Source of the DNA: Arenicellales bacterium
GTDB lineage: Bacteria; Pseudomonadota; Gammaproteobacteria; Arenicellales; JAJDZL01
Length of the DNA stretch: 64,000 bases
Reading direction: 5' to 3'
Assembly: GCA_965202615.1 (NCBI GenBank)
Contig: OZ241837.1
Span: 136,347 to 200,346, forward strand
A program made the translations under genes and the position numbers. Numbering within the stretch: the stretch's first letter is position 1; every line of letters begins with the position of its first letter. The notes under the pieces are model-generated. The model was not told where the DNA came from. It saw nothing but the letters and a program-made list of their open reading frames with translations, and did no database searches. Shown here one piece after another: positions 37,031 through 48,000 of this stretch.

Positions 37031-38083
37031 TCAGGCTGTCTTGCTGTTTCCGCGCAATGTTCCTGTTCCGAACTGACCATTTCGATCAACCATCATTCCA
37101 AGCCAGTTTCTGAACAGGATCCTGCCATGCTCGCTCCAGGTGTTGTTGATCAGCGGCAGAATCGCTGATTCCGGGAATTCAGGCGAAGGCTGTTTCTGTT
37201 CCATCGCATTATGGAGATCAGTTCTGTATTGCTGCAGTATGTTCCTGGCTGACTCCGGCAGGTAGTTTGCCGGGAAATCGGGGTATTCAATTCGCTCCGA
37301 CTTCTCGTAGAGATCAATTTCACGCTTGTATTCCTTGAGCAGACTCACCGCGTCGTATTCGGGATGTCCCTGCGAGAACACCCATTTGAAACCGTCTTCA
37401 CTGACTGCGATGTGAAAGTCCGCTTCCTCGCTGAATGCCAGTATCCGAACTCCATGCGGCTCCACCTGTGCAGAGGTCATTTCGAAAACATGTGACCGGG
37501 GTGCGTCGAAGTAGACAGGCATCCCATCCATCAATGGATGTTGTTCCTGGGTGATCTGATGCTTGTATACCCCCCAACGTTTATCCGGTTTGCACCGGAT
37601 TCGCTCAATATTGTGAAAAATTTTCAATATCCCGTGAGTCGCCAGGCACGAACAGAATACGCTCGACACATTCAAATTCGCCCAATAGATCACTTCCTCG
37701 AAGTGCGGCCAGTAAGCTTCGGCTTCCAGCTGCGAAGTACCCGGGTTTGCTCCCGTCAATACCAGGCCGTCCAGGTATTGGTGCCTGGTTTGTTTAAACG
37801 AGTCGTAAAACTCTGAAACATAGTCCAGATATTCTGTTTGCCTGGGCAACCCCTCGATGGTGAAGGGATGAACATAGATCGATATTTGGTCGGCGCCTGA
37901 TGCAAGGAGCCTTATAAATTGTCTTTCAGTCGCTTTCAGCGCGCGGTCCGGCATCATATTGAGAAACCCGATATGAAGTTCAGGCAGGCCAGAATCGCGA
38001 GCTTCCGCCGGACTTGCTATCTTGATTCCCTCGCCCTGAAGTCGGTCCCACGAAGCGAGATTTCTGTGATGTACCAGAGGCAT
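37031..38083 (-). CDS. metA: homoserine O-acyltransferase MetA
   Basis: The 350-aa product is collinear with E. coli MetA, sharing the blocks NLMP...FIRLL, GLVLTGA and GHPEYD. Confidence 0.85.
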   Translation of the reverse strand: MPLVHHRNLASWDRLQGEGIKIASPAEARDSGLPELHIGFLNMMPDRALKATERQFIRLLASGADQISIYVHPFTIEGLPRQTEYLDYVSEFYDSFKQTRHQYLDGLVLTGANPGTSQLEAEAYWPHFEEVIYWANLNVSSVFCSCLATHGILKIFHNIERIRCKPDKRWGVYKHQITQEQHPLMDGMPVYFDAPRSHVFEMTSAQVEPHGVRILAFSEEADFHIAVSEDGFKWVFSQGHPEYDAVSLLKEYKREIDLYEKSERIEYPDFPANYLPESARNILQQYRTDLHNAMEQKQPSPEFPESAILPLINNTWSEHGRILFRNWLGMMVDRNGQFGTGTLRGNSKTA

Positions 38084-38116
38084 TGAATCAGCCCAAGATT
38101 TCAGCCGCGTTCTGTC

Positions 38117-38956
38117 TCAATCAGGCAAAACTTCACAGACGAGATCGATGAAATCCTTTTCGTCGCGAACATGTGTGGTCTCCTCAGCCGAAATGGTGTA
38201 ACCATATCTGGCTGCGATGCGTTCGTATTTGGGCCTTCTGAAAGCAACAAGATCTGGAAAAATCCATTGTACGAACTGGCTGGGATCAATTTCATCAACG
38301 CCTTTCAATTCTTCTGTTTCCAGGTAATCGGCCAGCTTACTGTCAAGAAATTGAGATTCGTAATAGAGCGGTTTCGGGTATTGCACCTGCCGATTGATGA
38401 TTTCCGATTCAAATTCCTGGCTGACATCAATAAAAAGGATAAGTGTCTGGCGAGCAAGCGCTTCGAGTACCTTCTCGTCATCCAACTCGCACAAACTTCC
38501 GCTCGTGTCATTGACGAAGTGATCGTATCCGTAAATGGATTTGGCTTTTTGGACGAACTCCGTGACGTCATACATGGACCTGATTTCAGCCTCGCGATGC
38601 AGTTCCTGTCGCCGCTTGAATTCTTCCAGATTCAACCCGCCCTGTTGCTCGTCACCCAGCATGCCGACGAACTTTGACAGCAGGTCCAGATTGTCAAACG
38701 TCATTGCGCTCTTGACGCGAATTGAATCACTGCGCAACAGGTCCCGCAGGAATGGTATCTGCATGGCCTTTTCTTTAATGTTGTCAATAATCGGCTCATC
38801 CAGGTACCGGGTGCCGATGCGATAGTCAGCCGAATAGTGAAACCACTCTGTGGACGGCAATTTGCGCGCGAGCACTGTCTTGCCGCAACCTGACATTCCG
38901 ATGAGGGATACGATCTTGCGCTCGGCATCCCTGAACTGTTGTTTGGTTAATTTCAT
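38117..38956 (-). CDS. P-loop NTPase/kinase-like protein (function unknown)
   Basis: The 279-aa product has Walker A GMSGCGKT. It lies 33 nt upstream of metA on the same strand. Confidence 0.7.
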   Translation of the reverse strand: MKLTKQQFRDAERKIVSLIGMSGCGKTVLARKLPSTEWFHYSADYRIGTRYLDEPIIDNIKEKAMQIPFLRDLLRSDSIRVKSAMTFDNLDLLSKFVGMLGDEQQGGLNLEEFKRRQELHREAEIRSMYDVTEFVQKAKSIYGYDHFVNDTSGSLCELDDEKVLEALARQTLILFIDVSQEFESEIINRQVQYPKPLYYESQFLDSKLADYLETEELKGVDEIDPSQFVQWIFPDLVAFRRPKYERIAARYGYTISAEETTHVRDEKDFIDLVCEVLPD

Positions 38957-39083
38957 GTCTAGAAAAAAGCTGATCTCTCACTGCGCAAGAAGAGCCAATG
39001 AATTATCGCACTGCCCGCCTGCGGTTCCTTTTTGCGAGGCCGCATCATTTGATCGTGTAAATTTCAAACTCACCCGGATGGAG

Positions 39084-39539
39084 TCAACCAACTCCCGTAT
39101 GCCCAAAACCACCTTCTGCCCGCGCACTCGCCTCAAATTCTTCAACTTCGACCAGACTTGGCCGAATGACCGGAACGAACACCATCTGCGCGATTCGGTC
39201 TCCGGGTCGAACCGTAAACGTTTGCGTTCCGCGATTCCAGCATGAGACAAAAACCTGGCCCTGATAGTCCGAATCAATCAGTCCGACCAGGTTGCCAAGT
39301 ACAATCCCGTGCTTGTGACCCAGCCCGGATCGGGGCAGCAGAACCGCCGCCACTTGCGGGTCTCGAATATCAATCGCAATCCCTGTCGGGATCAGCTCAC
39401 ACGCAGAGGGATTCAACTCCAGGTCAGAATCGATGCAGGCTCTTAAGTCCAGACCTGCCGCGCCTTCGGTTGAATATTCAGGCAGCGGTATTGATTGCCC
39501 GATTCTGTTATCGAGAACTTTGTAACGTACCTGTTTCAC
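39084..39539 (-). CDS. dut: dUTP diphosphatase
   Basis: AGLDLRA and the other dUTPase motifs are present. I prefer the GTG start at 39539 ([14 protein letters not shown], which parallels E. coli MKKIDVKILDPRVG). The track start at 39563 is a TTG. Either start overlaps the coaBC 3' end. Confidence 0.85.
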   Translation of the reverse strand: MKQVRYKVLDNRIGQSIPLPEYSTEGAAGLDLRACIDSDLELNPSACELIPTGIAIDIRDPQVAAVLLPRSGLGHKHGIVLGNLVGLIDSDYQGQVFVSCWNRGTQTFTVRPGDRIAQMVFVPVIRPSLVEVEEFEASARAEGGFGHTGVG

Positions 39540-40740
39540 GGAATCTTTCCGAGATTTGCTCAATCAGCTGTTCTGCAATGGTGGTTTTCAGCGCCGGACC
39601 GAGTGTGGTCACGCCGCTTCGGTCAATCAACTGGAGCGTATTGGTATCAGACCCGAGCGCATTTGAATCTCCGCTTACAGAATTCGCGGCAATCAGGTCC
39701 GCACGCTTCGACAATAATTTTTTCCTGGCTTCGGAGACAAGATTGTCCGTTTCAGCGGCAAAGCCGACAGCCAGGATCCCGGGATTGTTTTTCTTTACTT
39801 CGGTCAGAATGTCCGGATTTCGCACGAACTCCATTTTGAGCACTTCTTCGTTTTGTTTTTTCATTTTGTTCCTGGACTCTCGCGCCGGGCGCCAGTCCGC
39901 TACGGCTGCGACGGAAACAAATATATCCTGATCACTGATGTGCTCCATTACCGCAGCGAGCATATCCCGGGCGCTGGTAACCCGAACCACTTTTTCGACC
40001 GAATCCGGAAGCGGTTGTGTCGCGGGTCCGGTGACAAGTGTTACATTTGATCCTGCCCGGACCGCGGCTTCGGCAATCGCATAGCCCATTTTCCCGGAAC
40101 TCAAGTTTGTAATCCCGCGCACCGGGTCAATCGCCTCCCAGGTTGAACCTGCAGTAACCAAAACACGCACACCGGCCAGCAGCGACGTACCAAACAGGTC
40201 GTTCAACTGTTCAATGATCTGTTCAGGCTGCAACATGCGACCCGGGCCGACTTCCCCGCAGGCCTGGTCTCCCGAATCGGGACCCATGATAACAACGCCG
40301 CGCCGCGTCAGCTGACTGACATTGTCCTGGGTTGCTTCATTCGACCACATTATCCGGTTCATGGCCGGTGCGATCGCTATATGCGCATCTGTTGCCAGAC
40401 ATATCGTTGTCAGCAAGTCATCGGCAAATCCGTGCGTCAGTCTCGCGATAAACCCGGCCGTTGCCGGTGCAACAACAATCGCATCGGCCCAGCGGGCGAG
40501 TTCAATGTGACTCATTCCGGCTTCAGCGTCTGCATCGAAAATTTCACTTCGGACCGGGTTGCCGCTGACAGCCTGCATAGTCAGCCCGGAAACAAATTCC
40601 TGGGCATTCTTCGTCATGACAACGCGTACGTCTGCATCAACGTCACGCAGTCGCCGAACCAGTTCTGCCGAACGATACGCGGCGATCCCGCCGGTAATTC
40701 CGAGCAGAATTCGCTTTCCGTTTAAGGAGTTTTTATTCAT
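39508..40740 (-). CDS. coaBC: bifunctional phosphopantothenoylcysteine decarboxylase / phosphopantothenate-cysteine ligase
   Basis: The 410-aa product has the flavoprotein N-terminal motif [14 protein letters not shown] and a CoaB C-terminal domain. The dfp-dut gene order is conserved. Confidence 0.9.
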   Translation of the reverse strand: MNKNSLNGKRILLGITGGIAAYRSAELVRRLRDVDADVRVVMTKNAQEFVSGLTMQAVSGNPVRSEIFDADAEAGMSHIELARWADAIVVAPATAGFIARLTHGFADDLLTTICLATDAHIAIAPAMNRIMWSNEATQDNVSQLTRRGVVIMGPDSGDQACGEVGPGRMLQPEQIIEQLNDLFGTSLLAGVRVLVTAGSTWEAIDPVRGITNLSSGKMGYAIAEAAVRAGSNVTLVTGPATQPLPDSVEKVVRVTSARDMLAAVMEHISDQDIFVSVAAVADWRPARESRNKMKKQNEEVLKMEFVRNPDILTEVKKNNPGILAVGFAAETDNLVSEARKKLLSKRADLIAANSVSGDSNALGSDTNTLQLIDRSGVTTLGPALKTTIAEQLIEQISERFRETGTLQSSR

Positions 40741-40768
40741 TTTTCTACCGCCAGAGGCGAAACTGACT

Positions 40769-40797
40769 TTGATTTGTTCAGGTCAATAGTATAGAAT
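40769..40797 (+). promoter_or_regulatory. putative sigma70 promoter of rpmBG (TTGATT-17 nt-TAGAAT)
   Basis: The -35 element is at 40769-40774 and the -10 element at 40792-40797, about 44 nt upstream of the rpmB ATG. Confidence 0.5.
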
Positions 40798-40840
40798 GTG
40801 CGCCTTTGTTAACAAATATCAATATTCGGGTTCTCTAAAC

Positions 40841-41077
40841 ATGCCAAGGGTCTGTCAGGTAACCGGAAAGAAGACAGTTAGCGGGCACAACGTGTCGCAT
40901 GCGCACAACAAAACCAAGCGCCGCTATCAGTCCAATCTGCACTATAAACGGTTTTGGGTCGAAAGTGAAAATCGCTGGGCCAAGCTTCGTGTGACCCAAA
41001 AAGCGATTCGCACAATCGACAAGAACGGCATCGATAGCGTGCTCGCCGACCTGCGCGCGGATGGCGTCAAGGTATAA
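40841..41077 (+). CDS. rpmB: 50S ribosomal protein L28
   Basis: [11 protein letters not shown]...[10 protein letters not shown] is collinear with E. coli L28. The track ORF start at 40796 lies inside the promoter and is rejected. Confidence 0.95.
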   Translation: MPRVCQVTGKKTVSGHNVSHAHNKTKRRYQSNLHYKRFWVESENRWAKLRVTQKAIRTIDKNGIDSVLADLRADGVKV

Positions 41078-41098
41078 ACCATTCTGTGAGTTAGAATC

Positions 41099-41254
41099 AT
41101 GCGCGAGAAAATCAAGCTCGAATCAAGCGCTGGAACCGGCCATTTCTACACGACATCCAAAAACAGGCGCAACACGGAAAAGAAGATTGAGTTGCGCAAG
41201 TACGATCCCGTCGCCGGAAAACACGTCATCTACAAGGAAACCAAGCTGAAATAA
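41099..41254 (+). CDS. rpmG: 50S ribosomal protein L33
   Basis: This 51-aa ORF is below the track cutoff and reads [51 protein letters not shown]. Confidence 0.9.
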   Translation: MREKIKLESSAGTGHFYTTSKNRRNTEKKIELRKYDPVAGKHVIYKETKLK

Positions 41255-41595
41255 TTGGAGCTTCCTCCAAATTATTTCCGCGATTCCTGACACTCTCCAA
41301 GCGATTCGCTTTCGTTGTTATTGGTGGTGGTGTTGCGCCGAAACCAATTCGGTCACACAATGTTTGCGATAAACCGTGAATGATTGGTTTCGGTAATTTA
41401 GCCGACCTGCCACATGAAAATCAAAGGGCACTGAACCTCATCGAATCAGAACCCTGGCATCAGCCTAGCGCAATGTGAAGGCCCTCTTCGACAAACTGGC
41501 GCTTGACTCGGTCCACCTCGCGATAACTGATCTGCAAAAAATCGGGAATGGAGTCACAGAGGGAACAACTAGTCTGACAAGTAAAATATTGATTT

Positions 41596-41844
41596 ATGAA
41601 CATCATATATTCGACATTTGAAACAAAAACCAAATTTTCGGAGGTTCTCAAACTGGTTCGGTCCGGCAAGATCGTAACGATTTCCTACCGCGGAAAACCT
41701 GTTGCTGAAATACGACCAATAGCAGAAAAAAATCTGTCAAACGACGAACGCTTGGAAGAGTTGCGAAAGCGCGGAGCATACATTCCTGCAAAGTCGCCAC
41801 TGTCGGTATTCAAGTCAAGTGTGCAGCGGCCCGGTGCTGTGTAA
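41596..41844 (+). CDS. Phd/YefM-family type II antitoxin
   Basis: The 82-aa product starts MNIIYSTFETKTKFSEVLKLVRSGKIVTISYRGKPVAEIRPI. Confidence 0.75.
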   Translation: MNIIYSTFETKTKFSEVLKLVRSGKIVTISYRGKPVAEIRPIAEKNLSNDERLEELRKRGAYIPAKSPLSVFKSSVQRPGAV

Positions 41845-41870
41845 CGATTTCTTGGGGACCGCGACGAATA

Positions 41871-42159
41871 AATATTGATTCCTCCACACTCATTGCAATC
41901 GCTTTCAATGAGCCAAGCGCCCCCTTTCGACCGATACGATCATCGGGTGTGAATAAGTCATCTCTTCAAATTTGCTGGAAGCAGAGATTCGGTCTGCATT
42001 TGCACACGCGAGAACGTTGAGTTTCCCGAATCCCCGCTGTCTGGAATTGGCTGGGTACTGCCAGAGCGTCCATTGACGAAAGAATTTACAACAGCACTCG
42101 ACGCCGGGTATTTAAGGGGTGCGGATTTGTGGCATGTCGCATCTGCAGTCTATGAATAA
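41871..42159 (+). pseudogene. VapC-like PIN-domain toxin pseudogene (start lost, at least two frameshifts)
   Basis: Three frames together read NIDSSTLIAIAFNEPSAPF / SSNLLEAEIRSAFAHAR / WVLPERPLTKEFTTALDAGYLRGADLWHVASAVYE*. The region lies immediately downstream of the phd-like gene. Confidence 0.6.
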
Positions 42160-42199
42160 TCGCATTCTATCAGACACACGAAAAACTTGATTCGCCGAT

Positions 42200-42505
42200 T
42201 TAATTTGATTCCTTTTCTTCTCCCTTTATGTAATCGCGCAAGGCCCGATTTATTTCAGTTTGATAGCCTCTACGGCCTTGCATTCGCGCTCTGAACCAAT
42301 GAACAATGTCAGCGTCCAAGCGCAGAGTGATCTGTTGTTTCACCGGTTTATAAAACACGCCGCGTTTGGCACCTGACCAATCCAACATTTCGGGAATATC
42401 TTTAACGTTGATCTTTTCGTCATCCAATTGAGCGAGATACTCCAATTCAGCTTTTTCGTTATCCGTCAATTCAGCGTCTTTCGTTTTCATACGTTTTTCT
42501 TTCAT
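42200..42505 (-). CDS. brnA: BrnA-family antitoxin (DUF4415/CopG-like)
   Basis: The C-terminal pattern KQQITLRLDADIVHWFR...GYQTEINRALRDYI is diagnostic. I prefer the start at ATG 42505 or 42490, because the track ORF extends into brnT. Confidence 0.75.
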   Translation of the reverse strand: MKEKRMKTKDAELTDNEKAELEYLAQLDDEKINVKDIPEMLDWSGAKRGVFYKPVKQQITLRLDADIVHWFRARMQGRRGYQTEINRALRDYIKGEEKESN

Positions 42506-42758
42506 GTTTAGTGGCTTTTCGAGCACTAATGATTCTACCAGACTGTTGTCCACTTTCATTTTGTATAGGCATGGTATGGATGACCACGACTACCACCGTT
42601 CCAATCATTCCCATCGTACGCCAGCGCGGCTCATCCCAATATGGATCTTCTTTTGTCATGGACAATGGATCTTCAAATACGCGAGTAGCGGTTCCAAAAC
42701 TGATACCGTGAGAACGGATATTTTGATTTTCTTTGTTCTCATCCCAAATCCAATTCAA
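42471..42758 (-). CDS. brnT: BrnT-family toxin (DUF497 ribonuclease)
   Basis: The 95-aa product reads NWIWDENKENQNIRSHGISFGTATRVFEDP and starts with TTG. It lies upstream of, and overlaps, brnA. Confidence 0.75.
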   Translation of the reverse strand: MNWIWDENKENQNIRSHGISFGTATRVFEDPLSMTKEDPYWDEPRWRTMGMIGTVVVVVIHTMPIQNESGQQSGRIISARKATKHERKTYENERR

Positions 42759-42854
42759 TTTAGCACCGCTAAATTATCACTACATTATTGTAGCTACATT
42801 ATGGCATAGAATTCAAATCAATCTGTTCAAAAATATTGAACTCAAACTTAGCAT

Positions 42855-43015
42855 TACAGGTCAACCAGTACCCGCAACGCTCGTAACAAACTCGGCAAAA
42901 TGATGGGCGAGCGTTGTCTTATCAGATTGCCTCAATCCCAGTATTGGAGTGACCGGTGATCTGCCGATAGCGACAAACAAGCGAGTCAAATCACTCGTTG
43001 GAGAAATCATTTTTA
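42855..43015 (-). pseudogene. short relic of an AAA ATPase (DUF4143-type) gene
   Basis: The minus-strand frame reads ...IGRSPVTPILGLRQSDKTTLAHHFAEF...*. This is a degenerate Walker A region (compare GPRRVGKTTLLHQYA at 4108). No start and no remainder of the gene are present. Confidence 0.3.
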
Positions 43016-43310
43016 ACAGAAAAAATTCGAAAATTCGTAGTTACACTTCGAAATTTCAAACAAAAAAGGCACGCCAGAGTATTCTCGGTTTCCAAATCTG
43101 AGAAGTGAGATTGTCCTCGGCACTCTCGCTACACCTTTAATGGCGAGCCGCCTTCACACATCATTTGGTGGTTAGTGCGGAAACCTGGTATGGGAAGCGG
43201 GCCAACTATCAAAAGGTTCACAAAATGAAAAATGCCGATCAATAAAAATCAACCAAATTGATAATATTTGGTACTATAAATGTATACATATATTTCGAAA
43301 CAGTATAGAA

Positions 43311-43844
43311 ATGAACATCGCATCGGCTTTGAAATCCTTGCATGCATTAGACGTTAAAGGGCGGTACGTCTATACTTCAAAAGACTTGGCAAAAGTATTC
43401 TCAGACGACAGCCGCCACGCGTTTCGAGCCGGATTAAAACGCCTCGTGAAAAACGGAATCCTGCAACGCGCAGCCCGAGGTGTCTACGTATTTGCGTATT
43501 CCAGAAACATTGACGCAGACACCGTGGAGTCAATCGCAAAGTCGTTGCGTCGCGGTCACTACAGCTATGTCAGTTTGGAGTCAGCACTGTCTTTATACGG
43601 CGCAATTTCCCAAGTCCCGATTGATCGTTTAACAGTCTTGACTACGGGACGCGAAGGAGAATTCAAAACTCCTTTCGGTGTCATCGAGTTCACACATACC
43701 AAGCGTTCTGTTTCTGAGATTATTGGAAATGTCGTGCAAACTGGACGACCACTGAGATTGGCGACGAAAAAAACAGCGTTTCGAGACCTCAAGAGAGTCG
43801 GACGTAATATCCATCTAGTTGACGAATCAGAGATTGATGAATAA
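43311..43844 (+). CDS. abiEi: AbiEi-family antitoxin (short, AbiEi_4-like)
   Basis: The 177-aa product has an N-terminal wHTH-like region (FRAGLKRLVKNGILQRAARGVYVF) and a YVSLESALSLYG block. An NTase gene overlaps it downstream. Confidence 0.7.
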   Translation: MNIASALKSLHALDVKGRYVYTSKDLAKVFSDDSRHAFRAGLKRLVKNGILQRAARGVYVFAYSRNIDADTVESIAKSLRRGHYSYVSLESALSLYGAISQVPIDRLTVLTTGREGEFKTPFGVIEFTHTKRSVSEIIGNVVQTGRPLRLATKKTAFRDLKRVGRNIHLVDESEIDE

Positions 43845-44727
43845 TCGCCAGAACGTATTTGCGCATCTGGTTAATCGTGCTGTGAGCGATTCCAAATTCA
43901 GCCATATGCGCAATGCGGTCGAAAAGGAACTGTTGATTTACAACATCCTATTCTGCTTCGATCAACATGGCTTATTCGAGAATATTGTTTTCAAAGGTGG
44001 TGCATTGCTTCGTTTGGGGCATGGTGGCGAGCGACTTAGCGAAGATTTGAATTTTGTTGCTGGAGCGGATTTTTCTCCGACAGATTTCAGTCCAGTCAAA
44101 CTTGGAATGGAAAAATTCTTTTCCGAAAGATATGGGTTGGCAGTCGAAGCAGAAGAATCAAAAATCGGGTCTGGAAATGTCGAACGCCGAGAATTTCCAG
44201 TATACCGGTGGCGAATCAATGCAACCATATATCCGGAGCGAAAAGAACTGCCCAAACAGCGTATCAAAATTGATTTTGTAGATGTACCTGCATATACAAA
44301 GGAAATTGTCTCGATGCGCACCCACTACGATTTTTTGCCCGATGGATACGACGATGTTTTGATCGTTTCAGAGACACTAAATGAGGTAATGGCCGATAAG
44401 CTTGTTTTGTTACCTGCCAACTCGCGGTATACCCGATATCGTGATTTTTGGGACTTGTATTGGCTAATTAAACGGCGAGCGGAAGTTGATATGAATTTGG
44501 TACAACGAAAAATCATTGACTACCATTTGTTGGACTATGTAGAATCACTGAACAAAATGATAGAGAGGCTTCCGGACATCGTCAACAGCTCTGAGTTTCA
44601 CACAGAAATGCAAAAATTACTGCCAAGCGACGTATTCGACCGCACTTTGCGTAAAGACAAATTTTGTGAGCATCTGCTTTCATCAGTTCAAAAACTGTTT
44701 GAACAAGTTTGGAATTCACTGAATTGA
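43837..44727 (+). CDS. abiEii: AbiEii/AbiGii-family nucleotidyltransferase toxin
   Basis: The product has the motif FKGGALLRLGHGGERLSEDLNF. ATG 43837 gives an 8-nt overlap (ATGAATAA) with the abiEi stop. The track start at 43819 is a TTG. Confidence 0.8.
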   Translation: MNNRQNVFAHLVNRAVSDSKFSHMRNAVEKELLIYNILFCFDQHGLFENIVFKGGALLRLGHGGERLSEDLNFVAGADFSPTDFSPVKLGMEKFFSERYGLAVEAEESKIGSGNVERREFPVYRWRINATIYPERKELPKQRIKIDFVDVPAYTKEIVSMRTHYDFLPDGYDDVLIVSETLNEVMADKLVLLPANSRYTRYRDFWDLYWLIKRRAEVDMNLVQRKIIDYHLLDYVESLNKMIERLPDIVNSSEFHTEMQKLLPSDVFDRTLRKDKFCEHLLSSVQKLFEQVWNSLN

Positions 44728-45058
44728 TCGTGCTGAGAAAACGGGTACTACCTCACCTCCAATTCCTCTGCAATTCAAATGCCAGCAACGGTGTTCATAT
44801 TCACTGGAATCTAATTCACATAACTCCTGAATATGCATTTGGAAAAGCAACACAGCTAGCTTTATTGCTTTTGGAATTGATCAGTTTTGAAGATGCTTCG
44901 GGTATTAATGCAATTTTCGTGACTAAAATAGTATCGCAAATCCGTTTTCGAGCTTCAGACAGAGGCATCACATTTGTCAGAATGAAAATTGACCATAATT
45001 TTGTATTTGAACGCTGAAAGTCGAGTCTGATACATCTATCGACTAATCCTGAGGAGTT

Positions 45059-48000
45059 ATGACACGGATTGTTCATCCAGGCCTATACGAACACCTGCTG
45101 ACTTCAGCGCTGGAAGCAGAAATCAAGGCTCGAAAGGAAGAAGGCTGGCACATGGATTGTGACCTGGCTGATTCTACTGTCCGCTCTGAAATACTTGCCC
45201 GACACGTTTATCAACTTGTTCGCCGCGTTTTGGATGGATTTTCGAATGACGAAAACACTCAAACCACTAAACAGATTGAGCTCGTAAACAACTTGGTAGA
45301 CACGCTATCCGATCATGGCATAACGAAAGATGATCGCGTTGCGGAAGCCGCACAATTGCTGATCGAGGCGATTGATCGACCCGGATTGAAGAGTACTCCT
45401 TTACCGCGTCCAACCTTATCTCTTCGTCGAACCGGGTTGCTTGTAAATAGCCGACGCGATGTCCAGATGGCACGCGAAGTCGTTCATGAAATTCCAACCG
45501 CTGATCGCATCGACCTTTTGTGCGCATTTGTACGAAACACGGGATTGAGGCTATTCCAAGACGAACTAAAAGCAAGGGCTCAAGAAGGAGTGCCGGTGCG
45601 AGTGATTACGAGTGTATACACTGGAACTACAGAGCGTCGAGCGCTAGACAAACTTGTCGAACTTGGTGCAACGGTGAAAGTGTCTTACGACACGACGCGA
45701 ACGCGTCTTCATGCCAAGGCTTGGTTGTTTCATCGAAAAAGCGGACTGCATACCGCCTATATCGGCTCATCTAACCTCACCCATACCGCCCAGGTTGACG
45801 GACTTGAATGGAACGTGCGCGTGAGTGTTGTTGAAAATCCTGAAGTCATTGAAAGATTCGAAGCAACTTTCGAACAATACTGGCAAGAACCTGAATTTAA
45901 TGACTATATTCCGGAACGCCATGCTGAAAAATTGGACGACGTTTTATCGAAGCAAAGAGGTGGTGGTAAGGGCGAGAACAATTTTCCGTTACCCCTAATT
46001 GTTGATGTTGAGCCCAAATCTCACCAAACTGTCGCGCTTGAGGCACTCAAAGCGGAGCGTCTACGTGGATTCAACCGAAACCTGGTTGTTGCTGCAACCG
46101 GTGTTGGCAAGACATGGATTGCAGCCTTTGATTTTTTGGAATTACAAAAGCAAAATTCGATGCGGTCCCTGCTATTTGTGGCACACCGGGAAGAAATTCT
46201 GCAACAAAGTCGACAGGTTTTTCAACTCGTTTTGCGCGAGGCGTCGTTCGGCGAGTTACTGGTAGCCGGACAGCGTCCGCAGGTTGGAAGTTTCATATTT
46301 GCTTCGGTGCAATCTCTGAAAAATCGCCTTGACGACATTGAACCGGAGGATTTTGATGTTGTTATTGTCGATGAGTTTCATCATGCAGCAGCTAAAAGCT
46401 ACGAACAACTACTGACACGACTGAAGCCAAAAGTTCTTCTCGGACTTACCGCTACACCAGAGCGCACAGATGGCAAGTCTGTGCTTGAATGGTTTGATGG
46501 TCGCATTGCTTTTGAATCCAGACTTTGGGATGCGCTTGATCAGGGGCTTCTTTGCCCATTTCACTACTTCGGCATCAATGATCCAACCGACCTTTCTAGC
46601 ATAGCCTTTGAACGAGGCAGGTACGTGCAAGAAGAACTAGACAATGTACTCAGTGGAGATCACATTAGAGCACAACGTATTCGGCAAGCACTCGAGAAGT
46701 ATGTCTCAGAACCAAGAGAAATGCGAGCGTTGGGATTCTGTGCTGGAGTTGATCATGCACACTTCATGGCAGATCAATTCGAACGTTTTGGGTACCCATC
46801 TGTCGCATTGGATGCCAATACGCCACGCGGAGAACGTCATCGGGCACGCAATCAATTGCGAGAGGGAAAGATTCGGATTATCTTTACCGTCGATTTGTTT
46901 AACGAGGGCGTCGATTTACCGGAAGTCGATACAGTGCTAATGCTACGGCCGACAGAGAGCCCCACCGTATTTTTGCAGCAACTCGGCAGAGGACTGCGGT
47001 GGTCGAAAGAAAAACAGGTACTGACAGTCCTTGACTTCGTGGGTCAAGTGAGAACAGAATACCGCTACGACATTCGTTATCGGGCTTTGCTAGGCGGCAC
47101 ACGACACCAAGTCCGGCAAGCCATTGAAGCAGACTTTCCTTTCTTACCGCTTGGATGCGTACTCAAACTGGATTCGATCGCAAAAGATACCGTACTGAAC
47201 AACTTAAGACAGGCGGTTCACAATGCTCGAGTGAACATGGTAAACGACCTTCGCAACTTAGGTCCCGATGCACGACTTAAGGAATTTATGAGGGAGGCGA
47301 ATATTGAACTTGAAGAGATTTACTCCAAACCCAATAGCGGGCACTGTTTTTCTCAACTTCGACTACAAGCCAATTTTACAGACGATACGGATCTGCCTGA
47401 TCACTACAATTCAATCTTCAAAACTTTGGGACGGATGATTCACGTCGATGATTTAGAGCGACTCGAAAATTGGCGCAAGATTCTGGAATCCAATAATTCC
47501 TCTCCAATTTCCAGTCTACGGGGACGTGAATATCGCTTGGGTCTTATGTTGTTCGGAGTACTCGAAGGAAACCGTCGTTCAATTTCCGAAGCTGATCAGA
47601 TCGTCAACGATATTCGCGAATCAACAGAATTACGCCGGGAGGTTTGCGATCTTCTGGAAGTCCTGTCTGACAGAATTCGAACAGTGCCTGAACCAGCCAG
47701 TTCATTGGATGAAGTGCCATTGGCTAGCCATGCGACTTATACGCGAGGAGAAATTATGGCTGCTTATGAGCGTTTCGATAAAAATGGGCGTATATTTCTA
47801 CCGCGAGAGGGCGTTCTGTGGGACAAGTCAACAAATACAGATTTATTTTTCGTAACCCTTGAGAAATCAGAGAAAGATTTCTCACCGATGACACGCTACG
47901 CGGACTATCCGATTTCACCGACCTTGTTTCACTGGGAATCACAGAACTCCACATCACCCAATACAGCAAGTGGACGTCGCTATATAGAACAATCAACGCG

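Noticed and set aside
40796-40840. The upstream ATG start for rpmB given by the ORF track
   Set aside because: It overlaps the predicted -10 box, and the L28 homology begins at [10 protein letters not shown] (40841).
41460-41669. A 69-aa minus-strand ORF as an IS630-type transposase gene
   Set aside because: Only about 23 residues (ISYREVDRVKRQFVEEGLHIALG) resemble a transposase HTH. There is no DDE region and there are no inverted repeats. At most it is a relic, and it is mentioned under the island finding.
44709-45076. 102-aa (+) and 86-aa (-) ORFs in the gap between abiEii and the PLD-helicase gene
   Set aside because: They overlap each other on opposite strands in AT-rich DNA and show no RBS and no recognisable motif. 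The region more likely holds the promoter and 5' UTR of the helicase gene.
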